Program-made: the position numbers and the translations under genes
Notes under the pieces: generated by a model
Database searches by the model: none
The model's input: only the letters and a program-made list of their open reading frames with translations
What the model was told of the DNA's origin: nothing
Shown here: in pieces, positions 9,557 to 21,500 of the stretch
Position numbering within the stretch: position 1 is the first letter of the stretch
Layout of the letters: each line of letters starts with the position of its first letter
IMG/VR virus record: IMGVR_UViG_3300021430_000864
Location: 8,776-72,775 of that record
Direction: 5' to 3' (one strand)
Length of the DNA stretch: 64,000 nt
Source of the DNA: a virus
Lineage: Duplodnaviria > Caudoviricetes

Positions 9557-11316
9557 TGGATAAAAAAAGAATTATATTACCATCTAAAAAATTTTTTGGT
9601 TCGATTAATCAAGACCAAAATATTAGAATTGGTTTAGAAGAGACCGAAAACTTATTAAGGGAGGGTGACAGAACCATCATATTGAATAATGCGGAATTGT
9701 TCAATAAAGAAAGAAATGAAAGTAACAATTATAAGATACATGGGAAACTTAGAATGGTTTTCAGAAATCTATATAGTGGAACATCCGAATACGAACCTTT
9801 ACTTGAAAAACTTTATTTGGTTGGTGATGGTGGAAATAATGATTTTACTGGATTTTTACCTTATAGTGAGTTTGCGTTTTTAAGAAAAGATGTTGTAAGA
9901 CAAACTAATCCAATACAAACAGTGTCATCACTAAGTTTATATTCGCCGAATATCACATATAGTGGTGAATCTTCACATATTCCAATTTCACCAATCGATG
10001 CACCATATCACAATTGGAACATTTATCTATCATACGTTTACGGTCATGATGAAAACTTCCCAATGAAATATACATTAAGTGGTGGAACTGTTTTTGATTT
10101 TGTATCGGGTGATGGAATTCCATTCAGAGTTGAGGATAATGGTTCATCTTATAAATTAACAAGTCCCGTTGAACATGGAATTTCTGCTGGTGAATACATC
10201 ACATTAAGTGGTGGAACATTAGATAATAGTGTTAATATTTCAGGTAGAACGTTTTCAGTTATAAGTGTTGGTGATGCGATTTACAGGTCTGAAAAATTTG
10301 TTTTAGATATTAATAAATCTGAATTACCATCAGGAACAACATTATCAACTGTTGTTTTTGGTAAAAGATGTATCGACATTAATAACATTACGGGTACCTC
10401 ATCAACATATTATGTTCACAAACACAAAACACTAACATCAAAAGAAGATTACATTCTTGACAAGATAGGATTTGAATCTTCAATATGGGAAAATGAAAGA
10501 AAACTACTTCTTGAAAATAGTGCAGGTGTTAACGATTTTTTAGTTGAAAGAAATATGATGGAAACAATGGTTTACGATTTTAAAGAACCATTTGTTTTAA
10601 CCGGTTTAACAAATAATTTAGGTTATCTACCGACGGAAGTTTACGTTAGTGTTATTCTAATGAACAAAAACGGATTTTTTGAATATCCACCGAAAGTTGG
10701 TTGGAAATTTAATTTCCACGATAGATGGGTTGATGAACAATTTGATGGAGTAACAAGTATTGAAACTTCAATACCAACAACTGCATTTACAAAAACAGTA
10801 AATTTAACTTCATATTCATTCACCGGCGGAACTGAATTACCTTTAGGTACGGAATTAACAGGTGGATTTATTGAATACAATCATTCTGAATTAAAAGAAA
10901 GAACAATAAGTGATGCGTATCATAGATTTTCAAATCCATTGTATGTTTTTGATTATGGTCAAACGGGTAGTACCGCATCATTCTCAGGTGGTTCGTCAAC
11001 AAATATGTTTGGATTGTATTATCAACCACATCACAAAGTTAAATTAAGAGAATTATCACCGTATGTGGAAACTTCAGTCACAAATCAAGTTTACGGTTTA
11101 CCACAAAACGCAAGATATTTTGAAGACGAATTATTATGGAAATGGAGAGACCTTTATGACCATGGTTATATAGACCCCGATGGGTTTGGGACAAACTATC
11201 CTTTTATTAACAATATTCATTATGTAAAAAGTGACATAAACTTCTATTTACGTAATGAGAACCTATATAACAATAAACAAGATTTAATTGCTGCGGTGAA
11301 TAGATTTAAATGTTAA
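9556..11316 (+). CDS. Putative virion structural protein (586 aa)
   Basis: Long ORF coupled to the previous gene (stop/start overlap) in the baseplate block. Beta-rich, T/G/S-rich. No recognised family. Confidence 0.55.
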   Translation: MDKKRIILPSKKFFGSINQDQNIRIGLEETENLLREGDRTIILNNAELFNKERNESNNYKIHGKLRMVFRNLYSGTSEYEPLLEKLYLVGDGGNNDFTGFLPYSEFAFLRKDVVRQTNPIQTVSSLSLYSPNITYSGESSHIPISPIDAPYHNWNIYLSYVYGHDENFPMKYTLSGGTVFDFVSGDGIPFRVEDNGSSYKLTSPVEHGISAGEYITLSGGTLDNSVNISGRTFSVISVGDAIYRSEKFVLDINKSELPSGTTLSTVVFGKRCIDINNITGTSSTYYVHKHKTLTSKEDYILDKIGFESSIWENERKLLLENSAGVNDFLVERNMMETMVYDFKEPFVLTGLTNNLGYLPTEVYVSVILMNKNGFFEYPPKVGWKFNFHDRWVDEQFDGVTSIETSIPTTAFTKTVNLTSYSFTGGTELPLGTELTGGFIEYNHSELKERTISDAYHRFSNPLYVFDYGQTGSTASFSGGSSTNMFGLYYQPHHKVKLRELSPYVETSVTNQVYGLPQNARYFEDELLWKWRDLYDHGYIDPDGFGTNYPFINNIHYVKSDINFYLRNENLYNNKQDLIAAVNRFKC

Positions 11317-11317
11317 T

Positions 11318-12142
11318 ATGAAAATTTTAGTAAAAGATAACGACCAAAGTATCATTGTTTCATCAAATCAACATTTTAAGACGGATTTGGGGTGGTCAGA
11401 CAGTGCTCAACAAATGGAGCAAGAAATCCTTTATGACATTATAAATCCCACTGAAAATTATGAAACAGTAAGGTACATACATTCACCATATTCAGTAACT
11501 TCAACTTCAGGTACAACATTTAATCAGACAGATATTTGGTATAGTTTCTATTTTTTAAATGATACAGGAAACTATGTTCAAAATTATGAGGCGGTCGGTA
11601 TAACACTTGAAGAAAATTCTAAAATGTTGAGACAATCAACAGAAAGTTTTTTTAGGTTGGAATTCTATAAAACAAGTAATGATGAATCACCCAATCAAAC
11701 AAATAGGAGATTGGTTTTTTCAAAAAATTTAATTTTACCATTAGGTGAAAAAGTTTATTTCACGGGAACTCCAAGTGGTTCAACATATCCATTAAATGAT
11801 TTCGTTTATGTTCCGGTGTACAATGGTTCTAATTATAGAAATACCGAGAATATGTACCTATTTTGGTTTGCGGATGACTCACCTTTTAGTGAGACAAACA
11901 TCACGGGTAACACGTTTTACATGACCGCAAAATATTATAATGCTAAGGATGGTACTGTTTTGGATTTTGTAAATAAATCATTGACGTTAGCTGAAGATAT
12001 TGTAGAAGAAGAAGATGTTTATTACAAAGTAATTATAGATAGGACAGATTATTCATATATTATTTATGAATATGATGGAACATTAGGTTCAAGAAGAGGA
12101 CAAGTTGTGAATCCGATAAACTTTTATGAAAGGAAAAAATAA
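11318..12142 (+). CDS. Putative virion structural protein (274 aa)
   Basis: Tightly coupled ORF in the structural operon. Confidence 0.5.
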   Translation: MKILVKDNDQSIIVSSNQHFKTDLGWSDSAQQMEQEILYDIINPTENYETVRYIHSPYSVTSTSGTTFNQTDIWYSFYFLNDTGNYVQNYEAVGITLEENSKMLRQSTESFFRLEFYKTSNDESPNQTNRRLVFSKNLILPLGEKVYFTGTPSGSTYPLNDFVYVPVYNGSNYRNTENMYLFWFADDSPFSETNITGNTFYMTAKYYNAKDGTVLDFVNKSLTLAEDIVEEEDVYYKVIIDRTDYSYIIYEYDGTLGSRRGQVVNPINFYERKK

Positions 12143-13308
12143 TGGATATTAAACCACCATTAAAATATGAAATACGTAGGAAAAACATTCCTAACCTGAA
12201 GTTATATTCTTCTGATGGACCATATTGGTACAACAGTTTTGGTAGTTTAATTAAGTGGTCAACATCTCAATATTTAGACCCCTTAGATGGATTCATTGTT
12301 TATAATGTTACCGGTAGTACTTTACCTTCGGGATATTATATTTGGACAGGAACAACCATTCCAACAAATTCATATGGTGATGAGGGTTGTGATTTAACAC
12401 TAGAACTGTTTGGGTGGGAAAGTATCACCAAAGCAGATGCATACGACGATAATCAACTACCTGTTTATTTAGAAACTTCGATTGATGAAATGGGTGTTAT
12501 GGTTGGTTTTGATGGTGAATTAGAACAAGTTGAACAAATTTGTAATTTTTCATACACACAAACAGGTAACACAGTTCAAGTTTATAATACTGTTGACACT
12601 TCGAAAGTTTCTGAATTACATTCAGTAGATTTTGTGGTTGATTGGGGTGACGGAACAACTTCTATTTTAAGTACAACAGGTATTACTGCAACCAAAGTAT
12701 ATTCAACAACAGGTGAGACAACAATTTCGATATCAATCGACACACCGTGGACTCAATTTGAAACTAAAAAAATTGTACAAGTTCCCGCTGATGTTACGGT
12801 ATTAAACCCACTTGGAACATTCTCAGGATTCACCATACCATACACAACAATAACAGGACAATCACAAAACTACCTAAACGATTACGATTACAACGGAACA
12901 TATACCGGTTATACCACATTCACATATGCCGCACTTGGTAAGAGTAGAATTAGTGAAAAGAAACTTTACGGTTCAAACACATATACCGGTGTCACAACAG
13001 GTACACTAAATGGGGTATCTTATAGTGCATATACTATAGATGATTTATACTATCAAGATTTCCAAGACGGTGTAACAACAATAACCGGAACAACTTCAGG
13101 CTTTACAAAAGAAGAAGTTATTAATACATTAATAACAAGAAATGAACATTTCTTAGGATTTATAGATGAACCTGTAATCTATTCTGATATTTTCGTTGAG
13201 AGAGGAAAACAAGGTGTACTTGAAAAAACACTGAGATTATCTGAAATAGACAATACGGGTGAACTATCATTTTATGGAAATGGATATTTCAATATAAGAA
13301 AACAATAA
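12142..13308 (+). CDS. Putative virion structural protein (388 aa) with a PKD-like segment
   Basis: FVVDWGDGTT resembles the PKD WDFGDG signature. Coupled to neighbours. Confidence 0.5.
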   Translation: MDIKPPLKYEIRRKNIPNLKLYSSDGPYWYNSFGSLIKWSTSQYLDPLDGFIVYNVTGSTLPSGYYIWTGTTIPTNSYGDEGCDLTLELFGWESITKADAYDDNQLPVYLETSIDEMGVMVGFDGELEQVEQICNFSYTQTGNTVQVYNTVDTSKVSELHSVDFVVDWGDGTTSILSTTGITATKVYSTTGETTISISIDTPWTQFETKKIVQVPADVTVLNPLGTFSGFTIPYTTITGQSQNYLNDYDYNGTYTGYTTFTYAALGKSRISEKKLYGSNTYTGVTTGTLNGVSYSAYTIDDLYYQDFQDGVTTITGTTSGFTKEEVINTLITRNEHFLGFIDEPVIYSDIFVERGKQGVLEKTLRLSEIDNTGELSFYGNGYFNIRKQ

Positions 13309-13314
13309 TTTTCA

Positions 13315-13322
13315 TATTTATA
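13315..13322 (+). promoter_or_regulatory. TATTTATA motif (putative late promoter element)
   Basis: Exact motif 10 nt before the ATG at 13333. Confidence 0.6.
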
Positions 13323-13332
13323 TTAAAAAAAC

Positions 13333-14253
13333 ATGGCAGTAGGAAGTTACGGTATAATTAGACCATCAGATGTTTCTCCAGAGGACGTTGAAATTTATTT
13401 TCACTACGTTCCTGATAGAAATGCAACATCTACGGTAACACTGAAAAGACTCAATTCCTTAGATGTCTTAACACCTGTGTATCATAATTCTGATACTACG
13501 GATGATGTTAGTGCACCTAATGTTGAGATTTTAGGCGGTTTATATAATTTAAAATTAGGTTCAGATGATTTTTCTGATTTAGGTGTATACACATTACACA
13601 TTAGACCAAAACAAATAAGAACCACAATTACCGATTGTGGTATTTTAGCATCTTTACCTTCTGTTAGAGGTTTAGTAATCGACCTTTCAAATGTCCCTGC
13701 GGATGATAGAAATAAATTCACACCACAAGGATTGGTTGGATATAGAATTGAATATATAAACTCATCTGATAATAAAAAAATACCTAATTTCTATAGAATC
13801 GTAACATCATCTTTCTATTGTACACCTATAGTTTCGAATTTAACAAGCACATCACAAAAGGCAATAAGATATCAATATAGTGAACAAGCAACTAACTTGA
13901 TGTTTTTAACCGTAACACCGTCGTCAGCACCAACAAACAAACCTAACACAGTACCGTTTATTGGTGTTCCGTCTCAAAAAATTATACTTACAAACACATT
14001 TTTAAACCCAACCACACTTGAAATCGAGATGGTTGAACATGACGCATCTACGTTAGCATACGCATTGTATGGTAATCAAAGTAAAGCGGTTTCACAAGGT
14101 ATTTACACCATTTACGACAATAACAACAATATCTATAGACAGTATAATCTTTATGAGGTTAAAGACGAATTTAATGAAACACTATATGAAATTCGTGAAG
14201 AAAGAGGTGATATTGATGAAACCCTAAATTTTGATACTATTACAGAAGTATAA
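13333..14253 (+). CDS. Putative virion structural protein (306 aa)
   Basis: Structural-operon position and a TATTTATA leader. No recognised family. Confidence 0.5.
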   Translation: MAVGSYGIIRPSDVSPEDVEIYFHYVPDRNATSTVTLKRLNSLDVLTPVYHNSDTTDDVSAPNVEILGGLYNLKLGSDDFSDLGVYTLHIRPKQIRTTITDCGILASLPSVRGLVIDLSNVPADDRNKFTPQGLVGYRIEYINSSDNKKIPNFYRIVTSSFYCTPIVSNLTSTSQKAIRYQYSEQATNLMFLTVTPSSAPTNKPNTVPFIGVPSQKIILTNTFLNPTTLEIEMVEHDASTLAYALYGNQSKAVSQGIYTIYDNNNNIYRQYNLYEVKDEFNETLYEIREERGDIDETLNFDTITEV

Positions 14254-17200
14254 TGGCAAGAAGGAAAGTACCAAGTCAAGCGGCTAGTGGAGCAGAAACA
14301 TTTAATGATTTTTTAGTTGGTAGACAAATCACTGACGGAACATCCGCGCTTACCAACACTGTTTTTGCACTTGATAAAGTAATTCCACAAAAAGATTCAA
14401 AAACATTTAGAACAAATCCATTTTCTGAGTTTCTAACATTAGAAACTTTAAAAGAAAACGAAAGTGTTCAAACTACAACGACAACATCAAAAAAAAGAAG
14501 TGATGAAGTAAGATTTAGAGGTAATAAAAAATATGCCGATAAATCTTTATTTGGTTCATTAAAAAGTAGAATCTTAGTTTCAATAACAAGAATTATTGAA
14601 AAATTCCCTGCAGCACTTTCGGTTGTTGCAAATACACCTATTGGTAATTCACCATATAGTGCAAAAGATATTATTTATGACGATAGTTCAAATATCACCA
14701 CATTCTTTATAGAAAGAAGTAAAATTTTTAACCCATTCGACATATCTTTAATTGAACCGGTTTCATTAATAAAACCGGAAACGGAAAATGAGTTAAGAAA
14801 TTTTTATTCTTCATTCACAAAATATGTGTTAGAGGTTAATAAAACACCCTATCCTATTTTAGAATATAGTGAACCAAACACGTTAAATTTAATTCAACTT
14901 AGAGTATTTGGTAAACCATTTACCGGTTCAACCTATTCAGAAAATATTTTAATTAGACCAAATGACGGTTTAGTTGAAGAATTTTTCTTAGGATTAGATG
15001 ATTTAGAAGAATCGGTTTTAAACAGAGAAACCGACCCAATATATACATCAACATTTAAAGTACCAAAAGATAGTTTAGATGGTTCTAAAACATCGTTAGT
15101 GGATGTTAGTTATTCGTGGCCAATTGCTAGTGATGGTTACAACATACAAATCATAGGTATCGACTTTGATGACTATGTGACAAAATTAAAAGACATTGCG
15201 GATGAAATTGACAATTATAAATCTAATTTAACTGTTAGATTTTTAGCAGCACCTCAATTATTTGAATTTGACACCGAAGATAAAAGAGCTGAGAGTGTTT
15301 TCCAATTATATGGACAAAGTTTCGATAGTGTAAAAAAGTACATCGATAACATTGCTTATATGAGGAATGTTAGTTATGACAAAATTAATAACATTCCCGA
15401 TGTTTTATTAAAAAACTTAGCAGAAAACCTTGGTTTATCAACAATCAATTTATTTGACGAAAAGAGTTTAGATGAGGTACTATATTCAAGGATTGAATCG
15501 AACTACGGTGGTGTCCCAACAGGAACAAACTTAGTTGAGGCGGAATATGAATTCTACAGAAGATTATTAGTTAATTTAGCGTACATATATAAATCAAAAG
15601 GTACAAGAGCATCTATTGATTTCTTTTTAAGATTCTTGGGGGCACCTGAACCTTTAATTAAAATTGATGAATACATTTATCGTGTAACATCAATGCCGGC
15701 TAGTTTTAATTTACAACAAGACATCTATGATGTAATCCAAGGTAATAAGGTCTATTATTATGCAACTTTTGACCCTACAGGGTTCACATATACACAAGTT
15801 TCATATACTGCAACAACAACATACAATAGAGATGGTTATCCTGTTGATGAAATTACAGGACTACCAAGAAGAGCATACAACGAAACTGAGGGTATTTTCT
15901 ACCAAAAAGGTTCGGGTTGGTATGATATAACCTTAAATCATCGTTCACCATTGGTTTTAGATGATAGTAATTCGGATTTAACAGGTAGAACAAAAACAAT
16001 TATCACCAAAAACAAATCGTATAGTTATGGTGAGGAATATTTTGACCAATTTAGGACTTTACCAGGTTTAGATACGGGTTATAATCTTGTATTAGATATT
16101 GACAACAAAAAAGGTGGACAAATTGAAGATGATTCAATTTTAATCCTAAATAGAAAAAACATAGGTATCTATATTTCACCGGCAAAAGGTGTTGATTATG
16201 ATATTTTCAGACAATCAAGAGAACTTGAAATTTCTTTTGGTAGTAACACCCTATATCCACAAACAGGTAAAACTTTCGCAGAGTTCTTAAATACGTTTAT
16301 ACATACTCTTGTAACAAATTCAAATAAGATTCGTTACAAGAAAAATTATATACAACTTGAGGATGTTTATAGAGATTACCTTTCTCAAACAACAGGATTC
16401 ACCCCTTATCATCAAATAGATGTTACAGAATTCGTTAACAGAGTTTCACCATATTGGCCACAACTTGTGGAACAATTAGTTCCGTCAACAACACTTTGGA
16501 CAGGAGGTAATTTAATTGAGAATAATGTCTTTGGTAGACCAAAATATCAGTACAAATTCGATTGTCAACCACTCGAATTTATTGAATCATTATATCCTAA
16601 TTTTGAATCGGTAATTGAAGAAGACCTAGAAAACATTTTGGGGGAGGAAGTGAACTTTAGAGCACTATTAAATTTAACAGGAATGACTTATTATCCTGTT
16701 ATTGAAATTGATGGTGTTATTTATGGAGGTGCAGACTATTCAGGATTAACACCTTCAATGTATGTTGTGGTGAGTGGTACTTCAAACACATCAACAACCG
16801 CAAAATTGTTTGACCCACAACCATTTACAGGATGTACAAGTGGTGTTACAAGTGGTGACACAACAAACTTATCATTAATCTGTGATTATAAAAATTATTT
16901 ATCACCTGATTCTACTAAAATTAAAGAATTGTGGTTAAGTGCAATAAATGAATTAATTTCAGATATTACAATTACACGAAATAGTGCCGGCTATGAACCA
17001 TATGGACCATTTACAGGAACAACCGGTCAAACGTACTACTCGGAAACTATCCCATTAATAAAATATGGGACATTTACCGACGAAAATGGTGTTGAAAAAA
17101 TTAAATTTTCATCAGTAAAGTTAGGACCAAATGAATGTTCAGTATCCGATTATTTTGATTATCGTTTTGAGGTTGACTATGATATTACAAAAAGTAGTAA

Positions 17201-18491
17201 TGGTATAAGTGTACATGTTTATAGTGATAATCAGGCATATTGTGATACTCCTAGTGGTTGTACAATGATTACTGATTTATTTATTGAGGTAATCGGATAC
17301 AAAACAGGGGTACAACAGGGTTCTGATTGGTCATTCTATATTTACGCAAACTGTGTTAGTGGTAATAACCAAAATGCGGATGTTTATATTGAAAAAGTTA
17401 GTGATTGTATTTTTAAACTAACAGGTGTTAGTGAAAATGATATAATAGATTTTAATGTCATAGATGCAGCAAATAAAGAAGTTAAATTTAGAATTGAAGG
17501 TTTACAAGCAAAAGTTGAACACGACCCATGTCCCGAACCAAATGGTAAAAGTCACGTTGAATTATTCAATATTGCCTCATATCAAGGTAGTATTAGTAAC
17601 CCAATTTCAATAATATCAGGTGCAACGTATTGTGACAACTATACCGGTTACACAATACAACCTAAAGTTGAATATAAATCTAATTTTAATTATGGTTTAA
17701 AATGTGAATCAACTGTTTTAGTTGTTGATAGTGGTTTAACAATAGACAATACCACCACGTACCAAGATATCCAAAATTATATTTCAGGTGGAACTATAAC
17801 AGAAAAAAATGTTTGTGATTTAACAGTTGGTGAATTTGTTTTATCGGCAAATTACTTACCATGTACAAGTTATAGCCACCAACAAATTTTAGATGGTTCA
17901 TCCTCGGGTTATTCGTTCACGTTTGAATATGTAAAACTTGAAATAAGTGATATTGAGTGTTTAGGTTCGGTTAAGAAAAGTATTATTACGGGACAAACAT
18001 CAAGTGGTGATTATGAAATTTTTGAAGTATTACCAACAACACAACTTAGAGTTTATACAAATAAAATTGTTGAAAATTTTGGTGTACCTACGAACAGTAT
18101 TTATTTCTTTGATGATAGATTCCCTGAAGAATTACAAACAAAACCTTTAGATTTTATTGAACCATGCTGTGACCACCCAAAAGAACTATACAATCATGGT
18201 GATTATTTAATAAATCAATACGGTAATCTTATTGAGGTAATAGGTGTTGATTTAAATTATTGTGAATCAAATTTATATTTTAATTTAAATTTCGAATTAG
18301 ATGATAACCCAATTAATGAAGAATATGTTGTTGTTTTCAATGGAAACGATGAACACCAAATATTGATGAGACATAAGTATGAAACTCATCCTAATATGAG
18401 TTTTAATTTAGGTCAATATTATATTGATGAAAACTGGTGTCCTGAAGAACCAACCAATGAAGAACTATCTAACTCAGTTTTTGGTTGCTAA
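14253..18491 (+). CDS. Large baseplate/tail protein with a P2 gpI (phage tail protein I)-like domain
   Basis: IPDVLLKNLAENLG...EFYRRLLVNLAYIYKSKGTRASIDFFLRFLG resembles the gpI/gp7 wedge motif (KGT). The C-terminal half is beta-rich with Cys pairs. Confidence 0.65.
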   Translation: MARRKVPSQAASGAETFNDFLVGRQITDGTSALTNTVFALDKVIPQKDSKTFRTNPFSEFLTLETLKENESVQTTTTTSKKRSDEVRFRGNKKYADKSLFGSLKSRILVSITRIIEKFPAALSVVANTPIGNSPYSAKDIIYDDSSNITTFFIERSKIFNPFDISLIEPVSLIKPETENELRNFYSSFTKYVLEVNKTPYPILEYSEPNTLNLIQLRVFGKPFTGSTYSENILIRPNDGLVEEFFLGLDDLEESVLNRETDPIYTSTFKVPKDSLDGSKTSLVDVSYSWPIASDGYNIQIIGIDFDDYVTKLKDIADEIDNYKSNLTVRFLAAPQLFEFDTEDKRAESVFQLYGQSFDSVKKYIDNIAYMRNVSYDKINNIPDVLLKNLAENLGLSTINLFDEKSLDEVLYSRIESNYGGVPTGTNLVEAEYEFYRRLLVNLAYIYKSKGTRASIDFFLRFLGAPEPLIKIDEYIYRVTSMPASFNLQQDIYDVIQGNKVYYYATFDPTGFTYTQVSYTATTTYNRDGYPVDEITGLPRRAYNETEGIFYQKGSGWYDITLNHRSPLVLDDSNSDLTGRTKTIITKNKSYSYGEEYFDQFRTLPGLDTGYNLVLDIDNKKGGQIEDDSILILNRKNIGIYISPAKGVDYDIFRQSRELEISFGSNTLYPQTGKTFAEFLNTFIHTLVTNSNKIRYKKNYIQLEDVYRDYLSQTTGFTPYHQIDVTEFVNRVSPYWPQLVEQLVPSTTLWTGGNLIENNVFGRPKYQYKFDCQPLEFIESLYPNFESVIEEDLENILGEEVNFRALLNLTGMTYYPVIEIDGVIYGGADYSGLTPSMYVVVSGTSNTSTTAKLFDPQPFTGCTSGVTSGDTTNLSLICDYKNYLSPDSTKIKELWLSAINELISDITITRNSAGYEPYGPFTGTTGQTYYSETIPLIKYGTFTDENGVEKIKFSSVKLGPNECSVSDYFDYRFEVDYDITKSSNGISVHVYSDNQAYCDTPSGCTMITDLFIEVIGYKTGVQQGSDWSFYIYANCVSGNNQNADVYIEKVSDCIFKLTGVSENDIIDFNVIDAANKEVKFRIEGLQAKVEHDPCPEPNGKSHVELFNIASYQGSISNPISIISGATYCDNYTGYTIQPKVEYKSNFNYGLKCESTVLVVDSGLTIDNTTTYQDIQNYISGGTITEKNVCDLTVGEFVLSANYLPCTSYSHQQILDGSSSGYSFTFEYVKLEISDIECLGSVKKSIITGQTSSGDYEIFEVLPTTQLRVYTNKIVENFGVPTNSIYFFDDRFPEELQTKPLDFIEPCCDHPKELYNHGDYLINQYGNLIEVIGVDLNYCESNLYFNLNFELDDNPINEEYVVVFNGNDEHQILMRHKYETHPNMSFNLGQYYIDENWCPEEPTNEELSNSVFGC

Positions 18492-18515
18492 AAATGGTCA
18501 ATAAAAAAAATTACA

Positions 18516-18546
18516 TTGATTTTATGACATTAACTGAGTATATTTT
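18516..18546 (+). promoter_or_regulatory. Putative early-type promoter upstream of the giant repeat gene
   Basis: TTGATT-N17-TATATT(TT). No TATTTATA motif in this leader. Confidence 0.45.
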
Positions 18547-18584
18547 TAAAATAAAAATACATATAGAGAACAGCATATTTTTAA

Positions 18585-21500
18585 ATGGCATTAATAAAGA
18601 TAAACACAGGTAATTTTGATGGTGAGACCGGAATTATAACATTTTATCCTTGCACGGGTGGTACAATAAGTTTAGGTACTGTCGTGATGCCATATTATTA
18701 TGAAACAAATTATTACTTAGGTACATATTCTGTTTTCTTTCCGGCATTAGATAAAACGTGTGTTGCTGAGATACCATGTCCGACACCTTCTTCAACCCCA
18801 ACTCCTACAACAACACCGACTGCCACTCCAACACCTTCAATTACTCCGACACTTACTCCGACACCTACAAGAACCCCTACAAGAACTCCGTCACCTACAA
18901 GAACTCCATCGGTAACGACAACACCATCCCCGTCAGTTACTCCATCAATCACACCTTCAGCATCACCTGAAGTAACACCTACTATTACCCCAACTGTAAC
19001 TCCAAGTACGAGTGTTACACCGACCGAGACTCCAACGGTAACACCGACTGTTACCCCATCGACATCGGTAACGCCAACTGTTACCCCAAGTGAGACACCA
19101 TCTTTAACGCCAACTGTTACCCCATCGACATCGGTAACCCCTACAGTCACACCAAGTGAAACACCAACTGTTACACCAACTGTGACATCTACAGTCACAC
19201 CGACCATAACACCAAGTGAGAGTGTCACTCCTACGGTTACTCCGAGTGAAACACCAACAGTTACACCCACAATTACTCCTAGTGTGTCAGTTACCCCAAC
19301 ATTAACACCTACTGAAACACCAACAAATACACCAACTGTAACCCCAAGCACTAGTGTGACCCCTACAGTCACACCAAGTGAAACGCCAACTATTACTCCT
19401 ACTATTACTCCATCAACATCGATAACTCCAACGGTTACACCGACTGAGACTCCTACTATAACACCAACTGTAACGCCTTCAACAAGTGTTACGCCGACCG
19501 TTACTGCTACTGTCACACCAACCATAACACCAACTATCACACCTAGTACTTCTATAACACCAACGGTAACCCCAAGTGAGACACCCGCTATTACACCGAG
19601 TTTAACTCCAACTACATCTGTAACACCAACAATCACCCCTACAGTTACCGAAACGGTAACACCAACAGTTACACCATCAACAAGTGTTACACCGACCGTT
19701 ACTGCAACAGTAACACCTACTGTTACACCTTCAACTAGTGTAACCCCGACCGTTACATCAACCGTTACCCCAACTATAACACCGACAATCACTCCAAGCA
19801 CATCAGTAACACCAACTGTTACTGCGACTGTTAGTGCAACAGTAACACCAACCATTACACCCACAACGAGTATTACCCCTACGGTAACCCCAACCGAGAC
19901 ACCAACCATTACTCCTACTATTACTCCATCAACATCGATAACTCCAACGGTTACACCGACTGAGACCCCCACTATAACGCCGACAATCACTCCATCAACA
20001 AGTGTTACCCCTACGGTAACACCAACTGTTACTTCAACTGTAACACCAACCGTGACTCCAAGCACATCAGTAACACCAACTGTTACACCCACTGAAACAC
20101 CGACAATCACACCAACTGTTACTCCAAGTAGTTCTGTTACACCGACAATCACACCAACTGTTACTTCAACTGTAACACCGACAATCACTCCAAGCACATC
20201 AGTAACACCCACAACTTCAGTAACTCCAACGGTGACATCGACTATTACCCCTACAGTAACACCTAGTGTTTCTGTTACCCCAACTATTACACCTACTATC
20301 ACACCCACGGTAACACCATCCACTTCTGTTACACCAAGTACCTCAGTTACCCCAAGTTTCACACCGACTGTAACCGCGACCGTTACTCCTACGGTAACAC
20401 CAACACCCGCACCATCATGTGATATTGATTATACAAGATTACCGTCACCAACTCCAACCACAACACCAACACCATCTTTAACACCTACAGTGACACCAAC
20501 AATTACTGCCACTATAACACCAACCATTACACCAAGTACATCAATTACTCCTACCGTAACCTCAACCATCACTCCAACTGTAACACCAAGTACTTCTGTA
20601 ACACCAACGATTACCACTACAGTTACCCCTACGGTAACACCATCAGTATCGGTAACTCCAACTATTACCCCAACCGTAACCGCAACAGTAACACCTACAG
20701 TAACCCCAAGTACTTCAATTACACCAACATTGACATCAACTGTTACTCCGACAGTAACACCAACTATAACACCATCAACAAGTGTTACACCAAGTGTAAC
20801 TCCAACAATTAGTGCAACAGTTACACCAACCATCACACCTACAACGAGTATTACTCCAACAGTAACCCCAACAATTAGTGCAACAGTTACACCAACTGTA
20901 ACTCCAAGCACTTCTATTACCCCTACAGTAACTCCAACATTGACGGCAACTGTAACACCCACTGTTACCCCATCAGTATCAGTAACTCCAACAGTAACTC
21001 CGAGTACATCAGTAACACCAACTATAACATCTACTGTAACTGCGACAATAACACCTACTGTCACTCCAAGTGTATCAGTAACACCTACTATTACTCCAAC
21101 AAGAACAGCATCGGTTACGCCAACTATAACTCCAACTATAACACCATCAACAAGTGTTACCCCAACCATTACACCAACAGTAACTCCAACTATAACTCCA
21201 ACTATAACACCAAGTACTTCTGTAACACCTACAGTAACCCCAACAGTAACACCGTCAAGTTCGGTGACACCTACCATAACACCTACTATTAGTGCTACTA
21301 TAACACCTACAGTAACACCTTCAACAAGTGTCACCCCATCAACTTCAGTTACTGCAACAGTTACACCAACAATTACTCCAACAGTAACACCTAGTGTATC
21401 TGTTACACCAACTATTACAACAACTCAAACGCCAACAGTAACTCCTTCAACTTCAGTTACCCCAACTATAACCCCTACGATAACACCAACTATCACCCCA

